A stretch of DNA of 64,000 nucleotides from Bugula neritina (Eukaryota; Animalia; Bryozoa). Shown here one piece after another: positions 53,001 through 64,000 of this stretch. Where the stretch lies: assembly GCA_964035545.1 (NCBI GenBank), contig CAXIUT010000103.1, forward strand, positions 434,001-498,000, read 5' to 3'. The notes under the pieces were generated by a model. That model searched no databases. It saw nothing but the letters and a program-made list of their open reading frames with translations, and was not told the origin of the DNA. The number at the start of each line of letters is the position of its first letter. Position 1 is the first letter of the stretch. The translations under genes were made by a program, and so were the position numbers.

Positions 53001-56000
53001 ACAGGGGGGCAGGAGAGGGGATGGGAAAATAAAACATCTAAATTCAATAGTAAAAGCGGATGTACAATGCAAAGGTCTTCCAGCATCACTGGTATTTCCA
53101 TAATAACTGCAAGGCGCAAACTTTTGCTGACGGACAATCAGACAGAAAAACTCTTGCAAATAACAAAACTAATATTAGCCTGTGTCTGCTTCGTATAAAC
53201 ACCAAGAACAAAATTTTGGGAAAGATAACTCCCAACACACCAATCTTGCAACTGGTGCTGGTGCAATGAAATTGAAGGGTTATGTTTCATAGTCATATAT
53301 TCAGCTAGTACTTCTAACTGCAAAGAAATAACATTGCAGAAAAAGGTGAAGATGTGAAGCACTGTAGATTTATGGTAAGTTATAATATGCATTTGATATT
53401 ACTTATCTGTCCAGAAAACAATGTTATATTATATTTTATTCTACTCAGTAGTACCAACAATGAATATTTTATCATTGTTTATGGCAGTCGTGAATCTCAA
53501 CAATGAATAATAATAATGTGCATTGTCAATTTTCACAAAATAGCAGTCTTCAGTCAGCCCTCTCTAGTACAAGATGGGCATCACTATACACACAAGAGTT
53601 AAGAACTTTAATGAGTCCTGTCAGCTAACCAGCTCATGAAGTCTACACAGTTTGGTTGCAGACGTTTGCATTTGACATTAGGACTAAAGTGTTGACTACA
53701 TGGAGATTTCAACTTCAATTGTTAATCAACTTGTTTTGGATCTACTTGTTACATCTGGCTTACTCTCTCTGGTAGGTTTATTTCATTAACTTTCTAGACT
53801 GATTTTCTTAACTTTCTGAAGAGTTTGTTGTGATGCGAAATATTACCAAATATCTCATGGCAACGTGCCAATACAGTTAACACAGTAATTAAGCACTGGT
53901 GTCTTTGAAGCAGGCATCAAGTTTTGCATAAGAATTTTCATCAAGTATCTAAACACATGCAAGTGATGAGTTTGGAGATATTATTTAAAACTACAAAAGT
54001 TTCCATGCCGCGTGTAAATCAAAAGTGGACAAGTGCTGCAAACACCTCTTTTCATAGAATGACTCAGTTATTTCTCATATGTTTGCAAAGGCATCTAAAA
54101 TTAGTTATTGCTCTAGCAAAATATAACACTGTGAAATGGCGCTGCAGATGAGTTTTCTCTTTTAATATGAAAACTGATGATTGAAGAGCAATATAGTCTA
54201 CTAATAAATTGGGTTTCAGCAGTGACTCATCTCCACTGCCTGTAAACTATAAAGCTTCAAATCGTATACTGTAGGCCCATGGTCCAACTCTAAAACAATA
54301 ACACATTTCACATGAGTCAGGATTACTGGTTGTTAGAAGGGACGGGGGGCCGGAGAGGGGAGGGGAAAATAAAACATCTAAATTTAATAGTAAAGGCGGG
54401 TGTACAATGCAAAGGTCTTCCAGCATCACTGATATTTCCATAATAACTGCAAGGCGCAAGCTCCTGCTGATGGACAATATGACAGAAAAACTCTTTCAAA
54501 TAAGTAAACTAATATTAGCCTGTGTCTGCTTCGTATAAACGCCAAGAACAAACTTTTAGGAAAGATAACTCCCACCACACCTATCTTGCAACCGGTGCTG
54601 GTGCAATGAAATTGAAGGGCTATGTTTCATAGTCATATATTCAGCTAGTACTTCTAACTGCAAAGGAGTAACATTGCAGAAAAAGGTGAAGATGTGAAGC
54701 ACTGTAGATTTATGGTAAGTTATAATATGCATTTGATATTACTTATCTGTCCAGAAAACAATATTATATTATATTTTATTCTACTCAGTAGTACCAACAA
54801 TGAATATTTTATCATTGTTTATGGCAGTCGTGAATCTCAACAATGAATAATAATAATATGCATTGTCAATTTTCACAAAGTAGCAGTCTTCAGTCAGCCC
54901 TCTCTAGTTCAAGATGGGCATCACTATACACACAAGAGTTAAGAACTTTAATGAGTCCTGTCAGCTAACCAGCTCATGAAGTCTACACAGTTTGGTTGCA
55001 GACGTTTGCATTTGACATTAGGACTAAAGTGTTGACTACATGGAGATTTCAACTTCAATTGTTAATCAACTTGTTTTGGATCTACTTGTTACATCTGGCT
55101 TACTCTTTCTGGTAGGTTTATTTCATTAACTTTCTAGACTGATTTTCTTAACTTTCTGAAGAGTTTGTTGTGATGCGAAATATATTACCAAATATCTCAT
55201 GGCAACGTGCCAATACATTTAACACAGTAATGAAGCACTGGTGTCTTTGAAGCAGGCATCAAGTTATGCATAAAAATGTTCATCAAGTATCTAAACACAT
55301 GCAAGTGATGAGTTTGGAGATATTATTTAAAACTACAAAAGTTTCCATGCCGCTTGTAAATCAAAAGTGGACAATTGCTGCAAACACCTCTTTTCATAGA
55401 ATGACTCAGTTATTTCTCATATGTTTGCAAAGGCATCTAAAATTAGTTATTGCTCTTGCAAAATATAACACTGTGAAATGGCGCTGCAGATGAGCTTTCC
55501 CTTTTAATATGAAAACTGATGATTGAAGAGCAATATATTCTACTAATAAAATGGGTTTCAGCAGTGACTCATCTCCACTGCCTATAAACTATAAAGCTTC
55601 AAATCGTATACTGTAGACCCATGGGCCAACTCTAGAACAATAACACAATTCACATGAGTCAGGATTGCTGGTTGTTAGAGGGGACAGGGGGGCAGGAGAG
55701 GGGATGGGAAAATAAAACATCTAAATTCAATAGTAAAAGCGGATGTACAATGCAAAGGTCTTCCAGCATCACTGGTATTTCCATAATAACTGCAAGGCGC
55801 AAACTTTTGCTGACGGACAATCAGACAGAAAAACTCTTGCAAATAACAAAACTAATATTAGCCTGTGTCTGCTTCGTATAAACACCAAGAACAAAATTTT
55901 GGGAAAGATAACTCCCAACACACCTATCTTGCAACTGGTGCTGGTGCAATGAAATTGAAGGGTTATGTTTCATAGTCATATATTCAGCTAGTACTTCTAA

Positions 56001-59000
56001 CTGCAAAGAAATAACATTGCAGAAAAAGGTGAAGATGTGAAGCACTGTAGATTTATGGTAAGTTATAATATGCATTTGATATTACTTATCTGTCCAGAAA
56101 ACAATGTTATATTATATTTTATTCTACTCAGTAGTACCAACAATGAATATTTTATCATTGTTTATGGCAGTCGTGAATCTCAACAATGAATAATAATAAT
56201 GTGCATTGTCAATTTTCACAAAATAGCAGTCTTCAGTCAGCCCTCTCTAGTACAAGATGGGCATCACTATACACACAAGAGTTAAGAACTTTAATGAGTC
56301 CTGTCAGCTAACCAGCTCATGAAGTCTACACAGTTTGGTTGCAGACGTTTGCATTTGACATTAGGACTAAAGTGTTGACTACATGGAGATTTCAACTTCA
56401 ATTGTTAATCAACTTGTTTTGGATCTACTTGTTACATCTGGCTTACTCTCTCTGGTAGGTTTATTTCATTAACTTTCTAGACTGATTTTCTTAACTTTCT
56501 GAAGAGTTTGTTGTGATGCGAAATATTACCAAATATCTCATGGCAACGTGCCAATACAGTTAACACAGTAATTAAGCACTGGTGTCTTTGAAGCAGGCAT
56601 CAAGTTTTGCATAAGAATTTTCATCAAGTATCTAAACACATGCAAGTGATGAGTTTGGAGATATTATTTAAAACTACAAAAGTTTCCATGCCGCGTGTAA
56701 ATCAAAAGTGGACAAGTGCTGCAAACACCTCTTTTCATAGAATGACTCAGTTATTTCTCATATGTTTGCAAAGGCATCTAAAATTAGTTATTGCTCTTGC
56801 AAAATATAACACTGTGAAATGGCGCTGCAGATGAGCTTTCCCTTTTAATATGAAAACTGATGATTGAAGAGCAATATATTCTACTAATAAAATGGGTTTC
56901 AGCAGTGACTCATCTCCACTGCCTATAAACTATAAAGCTTCAAATCGTATACTGTAGACCCATGGGCCAACTCTAGAACAATAACACAATTCACATGAGT
57001 CAGGATTGCTGGTTGTTAGAGGGGACAGGGGGGCAGGAGAGGGGATGGGAAAATAAAACATCTAAATTCAATAGTAAAAGCGGATGTACAATGCAAAGGT
57101 CTTCCAGCATCACTGGTATTTCCATAATAACTGCAAGGCGCAAACTTTTGCTGACGGACAATCAGACAGAAAAACTCTTGCAAATAACAAAACTAATATT
57201 AGCCTGTGTCTGCTTCGTATAAACACCAAGAACAAAATTTTGGGAAAGATAACTCCCAACACACCTATCTTGCAACTGGTGCTGGTGCAATGAAATTGAA
57301 GGGTTATGTTTCATAGTCATATATTCAGCTAGTACTTCTAACTGCAAAGAAATAACATTGCAGAAAAAGGTGAAGATGTGAAGCACTGTAGATTTATGGT
57401 AAGTTATAATATGCATTTGATATTACTTATCTGTCCAGAAAACAATGTTATATTATATTTTATTCTACTCAGTAGTACCAACAATGAATATTTTATCATT
57501 GTTTATGGCAGTCGTGAATCTCAACAATGAATAATAATAATGTGCATTGTCAATTTTCACAAAATAGCAGTCTTCAGTCAGCCCTCTCTAGTACAAGATG
57601 GGCATCACTATACACACAAGAGTTAAGAACTTTAATGAGTCCTGTCAGCTAACCAGCTCATGAAGTCTACACAGTTTGGTTGCAGACGTTTGCATTTGAC
57701 ATTAGGACTAAAGTGTTGACTACATGGAGATTTCAACTTCAATTGTTAATCAACTTGTTTTGGATCTACTTGTTACATCTGGCTTACTCTCTCTGGTAGG
57801 TTTATTTCATTAACTTTCTAGACTGATTTTCTTAACTTTCTGAAGAGTTTGTTGTGATGCGAAATATTACCAAATATCTCATGGCAACGTGCCAATACAG
57901 TTAACACAGTAATTAAGCACTGGTGTCTTTGAAGCAGGCATCAAGTTTTGCATAAGAATTTTCATCAAGTATCTAAACACATGCAAGTGATGAGTTTGGA
58001 GATATTATTTAAAACTACAAAAGTTTCCATGCCGCGTGTAAATCAAAAGTGGACAAGTGCTGCAAACACCTCTTTTCATAGAATGACTCAGTTATTTCTC
58101 ATATGTTTGCAAAGGCATCTAAAATTAGTTATTGCTCTAGCAAAATATAACACTGTGAAATGGCGCTGCAGATGAGTTTTCTCTTTTAATATGAAAACTG
58201 ATGATTGAAGAGCAATATAGTCTACTAATAAATTGGGTTTCAGCAGTGACTCATCTCCACTGCCTGTAAACTATAAAGCTTCAAATCGTATACTGTAGGC
58301 CCATGGTCCAACTCTAAAACAATAACACATTTCACATGAGTCAGGATTACTGGTTGTTAGAAGGGACGGGGGGCCGGAGAGGGGAGGGGAAAATAAAACA
58401 TCTAAATTTAATAGTAAAGGCGGGTGTACAATGCAAAGGTCTTCCAGCATCACTGATATTTCCATAATAACTGCAAGGCGCAAGCTCCTGCTGATGGACA
58501 ATATGACAGAAAAACTCTTGCAAATAAGTAAACTAATATTAGCCTGTGTCTGCTTCGTATAAACACCAAGAACAAAATTTTGGGAAAGATAACTCCCAAC
58601 ACACCTATCTTGCAACTGGTGCTGGTGCAATGAAATTGAAGGGTTATGTTTCATAGTCATATATTCAGCTAGTACCTCTAACTGCAAAGAAATAACATTG
58701 CAGAAAAAGGTGAAGATGTGAAGCACTGTAGATTTATGGTAAGTTATAATATGCATTTGATATTACTTATCTGTCCAGAAAACAATGTTATATTATATTT
58801 TATTCTACTCAGTAGTACCAACAATGAATATTTTATCATTGTTTATGGCAGTCGTGAATCTCAACAATGAATAATAATAATGTGCATTGTCAATTTTCAC
58901 AAAATAGCAGTCTTCAGTCAGCCCTCTCTAGTACAAGATGGGCATCACTATACACACAAGAGTTAAGAACTTTAATGAGTCCTGTCAGCTAACCAGCTCA

Positions 59001-62000
59001 TGAAGTCTACACAGTTTGGTTGCAGACGTTTGCATTTGACATTAGGACTAAAGTGTTCACTACATGGAGACTTCAACTTCAATTGTTAATCAACTTATTT
59101 TGGATCTACTTGTCACATCTGGCTTACTCTCTCTGGTAGGTTTATTTCATTAACTTTCTAGACTGATTTTCTTAACTTTCTGAAGAGTTTGTTGTGATGC
59201 GAAATATATTACCAAATATCTCATGGCAACGTGCCAATACATTTAACACAGTAATTAAGCACTGGTGTCTTTGAAGCAGGCATCAAGTTTTGCATAAAAA
59301 AATTTATCAAGTATCTAAACACATGCAAGTGATGAGTTTGGAGATATTATTTAAAACTACAAAAGTTTCCATGCTGCTTGTAAATCAAAAGTGGACAATT
59401 GCTGCAAACACCTCTTTTCATAGAATGACTCAGTTATTTCTCATATGTTTGCAAAAGCATCTAAAATTAGTTATTGCTCTAGCAAAATATAACACTGTGA
59501 AATGGCGCTGCAGATGAGCTTTCTCTTTTAATATGAAAACTGATGATTGAAGAGCAATATAGTCTACTAATAAAATGGGTTTCAGCAGTGACTCATCTCC
59601 ACTGCCTGTAAACTATAAAGCTTCAAATCGTATACTGTAGGCCCATGGGCCAACTCTAGAACAATAACACAATTCACATGAGTCAGGATTGCTGGTTGTT
59701 AGAAGGGACGGGGGGCCGGAGAGGGGAGGGGAAAATAAAACATCTAAATTTAATAGTAAAGGCGGGTGTACAATGCAAAGGTCTTCCAGCATCACTGATA
59801 TTTCCATAATAACTGCAAGGCGCAAGCTCCTGCTGATGGACAATATGACAGAAAAACTCTTTCAAATAAGTAAACTAATATTAGCCTGTGTCTGCTTCGT
59901 ATAAACGCCAAGAACAAACTTTTAGGAAAGATAACTCCCACCACACCTATCTTGCAACCGGTGCTGGTGCAATGAAATTGAAGGGCTATGTTTCATAGTC
60001 ATATATTCAGCTAGTACTTCTAACTGCAAAGGAGTAACATTGCAGAAAAAGGTGAAGATGTGAAGCACTGTAGATTTATGGTAAGTTATAATATGCATTT
60101 GATATTACTTATCTGTCCAGAAAACAATATTATATTATATTTTATTCTACTCAGTAGTACCAACAATGAATATTTTATCATTGTTTATGGCAGTCGTGAA
60201 TCTCAACAATGAATAATAATAATATGCATTGTCAATTTTCACAAAGTAGCAGTCTTCAGTCAGCCCTCTCTAGTTCAAGATGGGCATCACTATACACACA
60301 AGAGTTAAGAACTTTAATGAGTCCTGTCAGCTAACCAGCTCATGAAGTCTACACAGTTTGGTTGCAGACGTTTGCATTTGACATTAGGACTAAAGTGTTG
60401 ACTACATGGAGATTTCAACTTCAATTGTTAATCAACTTGTTTTGGATCTACTTGTTACATCTGGCTTACTCTTTCTGGTAGGTTTATTTCATTAACTTTC
60501 TAGACTGATTTTCTTAACTTTCTGAAGAGTTTGTTGTGATGCGAAATATATTACCAAATATCTCATGGCAACGTGCCAATACATTTAACACAGTAATGAA
60601 GCACTGGTGTCTTTGAAGCAGGCATCAAGTTATGCATAAAAATGTTCATCAAGTATCTAAACACATGCAAGTGATGAGTTTGGAGATATTATTTAAAACT
60701 ACAAAAGTTTCCATGCCGCTTGTAAATCAAAAGTGGACAAGTGCTGCAAACACCTCTTTTCATAGAATGACTCAGTTATTTCTCATATGTTTGCAAAGGC
60801 ATCTAAAATTAGTTATTGCTCTAGCAAAATATAACACTGTGAAATGGCGCTGCAGATGAGTTTTCTCTTTTAATATGAAAACTGATGATTGAAGAGCAAT
60901 ATAGTCTACTAATAAATTGGGTTTCAGCAGTGACTCATCTCCACTGCCTGTAAACTATAAAGCTTCAAATCGTATACTGTAGGCCCATGGTCCAACTCTA
61001 AAACAATAACACATTTCACATGAGTCAGGATTACTGGTTGTTAGAAGGGACGGGGGGCCGGAGAGGGGAGGGGAAAATAAAACATCTAAATTTAATAGTA
61101 AAGGCGGGTGTACAATGCAAAGGTCTTCCAGCATCACTGATATTTCCATAATAACTGCAAGGCGCAAGCTCCTGCTGATGGACAATATGACAGAAAAACT
61201 CTTGCAAATAAGTAAACTAATATTAGCCTGTGTCTGCTTCGTATAAACACCAAGAACAAAATTTTGGGAAAGATAACTCCCAACACACCTATCTTGCAAC
61301 TGGTGCTGGTGCAATGAAATTGAAGGGTTATGTTTCATAGTCATATATTCAGCTAGTACCTCTAACTGCAAAGAAATAACATTGCAGAAAAAGGTGAAGA
61401 TGTGAAGCACTGTAGATTTATGGTAAGTTATAATATGCATTTGATATTACTTATCTGTCCAGAAAACAATGTTATATTATATTTTATTCTACTCAGTAGT
61501 ACCAACAATGAATATTTTATCATTGTTTATGGCAGTCGTGAATCTCAACAATGAATAATAATAATGTGCATTGTCAATTTTCACAAAATAGCAGTCTTCA
61601 GTCAGCCCTCTCTAGTACAAGATGGGCATCACTATACACACAAGAGTTAAGAACTTTAATGAGTCCTGTCAGCTAACCAGCTCATGAAGTCTACACAGTT
61701 TGGTTGCAGACGTTTGCATTTGACATTAGGACTAAAGTGTTGACTACATGGAGATTTCAACTTCAATTGTTAATCAACTTGTTTTGGATCTACTTGTTAC
61801 ATCTGGCTTACTCTCTCTGGTAGGTTTATTTCATTAACTTTCTAGACTGATTTTCTTAACTTTCTGAAGAGTTTGTTGTGATGCGAAATATTACCAAATA
61901 TCTCATGGCAACGTGCCAATACAGTTAACACAGTAATTAAGCACTGGTGTCTTTGAAGCAGGCATCAAGTTTTGCATAAGAATTTTCATCAAGTATCTAA

Positions 62001-64000
62001 ACACATGCAAGTGATGAGTTTGGAGATATTATTTAAAACTACAAAAGTTTCCATGCCGCGTGTAAATCAAAAGTGGACAAGTGCTGCAAACACCTCTTTT
62101 CATAGAATGACTCAGTTATTTCTCATATGTTTGCAAAGGCATCTAAAATTAGTTATTGCTCTAGCAAAATATAACACTGTGAAATGGCGCTGCAGATGAG
62201 CTTTCTCTTTTAATATGAAAACTGATGATTGAAGAGCAATATAGTCTACTAATAAAATGGGTTTCAGCAGTGACTCATCTCCACTGCCTGTAAACTATAA
62301 AGCTTCAAATCGTATACTGTAGGCCCATGGTCCAACTCTAAAACAATAACACATTTCACATGAGTCAGGATTACTGGTTGTTAGAAGGGACAGGGGGGCA
62401 GGAGAGGGGAGGGGAAAATAAAACATCTAAATTTAATAGTAAAGGCGGGTGTACAATGCAAAGGTCTTCCAGCATCACTGGTATTTCCATAATAACTGCA
62501 AGGCCAAACTTTTGCTGATGGACAATCAGACAGAAAAACTCTTACAAATAACAAAACTAATATTAGCCTGTGTCTGCTTCGTATAAACACAAAGAACAAA
62601 ATTTTGGGAAAGATAACTCCCAACACACCTATCTTGCAACTGGTGCTGGTGCAATGAAATTGAAGGGTTATGTTTCATAGTCATATATTCAGCTAGTACT
62701 TCTAACTAGAAAAAAATAACATTGCCGGAAAAGTTGAAGAGGTGAAGCACTGTAGAGTTATGGCAAGTTAGATTCTCTATATGATATTATTTATCTGTCA
62801 AGAAAATATTATATTAGATTTTATTCTACTCACTAGTACCAACAATGAATATTTTATCATTGTTTATGGCAGTCGTGAATCTCAACAATGAATAATAATA
62901 ATACGCATTGTCAATTTTCACAAAGTAGCAGTTTTCAGTCAGCCCTCTCTAGTTCAAGATGGGCATCACTATACACACAAGAGTTAAGAACTTTAATGAG
63001 TCCTGTCAGGTAACCAGCTCATGAAGTCTACACAGTTTGGTTGCAGACGTTTGCATTTGACATTAGGACTAAAGTGTTCACTACATGGAGACTTCAACTT
63101 CAATTGTTAATCAACTTGTTTTGGATCTACTTGTCACATCTGGCTTACTCTCTCTGGTAGGTTTATTTCATTAACTTTCTAGACTGATTTTCTTAACTTT
63201 CTGAAGAGTTTGTTGTGATGCGAAATATATTACCAAATATCTCATGGCAACGTGCCAATACATTTAACACAGTAATTAAGCACTGGTGTCTTTGAAGCAG
63301 GCATCAAGTTTTGCATAAAAAAATTTATCAAGTATCTAAACACATGCAAGTGATGAGTTTGGAGATATTATTTAAAACTACAAAAGTTTCCATGCTGCTT
63401 GTAAATCAAAAGTGGACAATTGCTGCAAACACCTCTTTTCATAGAATGACTCAGTTATTTCTCATATGTTTGCAAAGGCATCTAAAATTAGTTATTGCTC
63501 TAGCAAAATATAACACTGTGAAATGGCGCTGCAGATGAGCTTTCTCTTTTAATATGAAAACTGATGATTGAAGAGCAATATAGTCTACTAATAAAATGGG
63601 TTTCAGCAGTGACTCATCTCCACTGCCTGTAAACTATAAAGCTTCAAATCGTATACTGTAGGCCCATGGGCCAACTCTAGAACAATAACACAATTCACAT
63701 GAGTCAGGATTGCTGGTTGTTAGAGGGGGCAGGGGGCAGGAGAGGGGATGGGAAAATAAAACATCTAAATTCAATAGTAAAGGCGGGTGTACAATGCAAA
63801 GGTCTTCCAGCAGCACTGGTATTTCCATAATAACTGCAGGGCGCAAACTTTTGCTGATGGACAATCAGACAGAAAAACTCTTGCAAATAACAAAACTAAT
63901 ATTAGCCTGTGTCTGCTTCGTATAAATGCCAAGAGCAAAATTATAGGAAAGATAACTCCCAACACACCTATCTTGCAACTGGTGCTGGTGCAATGAAATT
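47016..64000. repeat. Distinct monomer subfamily (C) with its own diagnostic variants and local dimer duplications
   Basis: Variants seen only in this part: CATTTAACACAGTAATGAAG, GACTCAGTT, GCTCTTGCA, GTAGACCC, GCGGATGT, GCTGACGG, CAATGTTAT, GGACGGGGGGCCGG. Monomers at 52583/55266 (offset 2,683) and 57948/60632 (offset 2,684, shared AGTACCTCTA) are duplicates. Confidence 0.85.

Larger units (their letters stand above)
1..64000. repeat. Macrosatellite / large-unit tandem array, ~1,343 bp monomer, ~47.6 head-to-tail copies, truncated by both window edges
   Basis: The same anchor (ORF 'MHK...WRCR') recurs at 201, 1545, 2885 ... 61972, 63311: 48 occurrences including the one at 49898, which is missing from the track because of an early stop. 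Spacing is 1337-1351 bp, mean ~1343. No unique sequence, inversion or insertion was seen. Confidence 0.99.

Noticed and set aside
1-64000. CRISPR array, or a 5S rDNA, snRNA, tRNA or histone tandem cluster
   Set aside because: There is no short-repeat/unique-spacer pattern, and I recognised none of the conserved 5S, U1/U2/U4/U5/U6, tRNA or histone signatures on either strand. A cmscan run would be the formal test.

Overview
The whole 64 kb window is one uninterrupted head-to-tail tandem array (macrosatellite) of a ~1,343 bp monomer. There are about 47.6 copies; monomer spacing from the recurring ORF anchor is 1,337-1,351 bp, and the array runs off both ends. The DNA is AT-rich and CpG-depleted (about 9 CpG in monomer 1), which suggests a methylated animal, probably vertebrate-like, genome. 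I see no credible protein-coding gene, tRNA, rRNA, snRNA, CRISPR array or transposase; the ORF track only repeats the same short frames, which are freely broken by mutation. The real structure is in the variants. Two monomer haplotypes (A and B, roughly 94% identical by my manual count) alternate as dimers over 1-15 kb. A 5,378 bp tetramer occurs three times over 15-31 kb and a 4,028 bp-offset trimer is duplicated over 33-40 kb. A chimeric zone at 40-47 kb is followed by a singleton-rich older-looking layer at ~47-51 kb and a distinct subfamily to the end. Each monomer carries three AP-1 consensus sites, a TATA-like box, a G-quadruplex-type tract, a duplicated pair of inverted SOX-type motifs and a candidate ~74 nt plus-strand intron whose splice signals survive in both haplotypes. 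Together these hint at a tandemly amplified non-coding transcription or enhancer unit, but that reading is inference, not demonstration.
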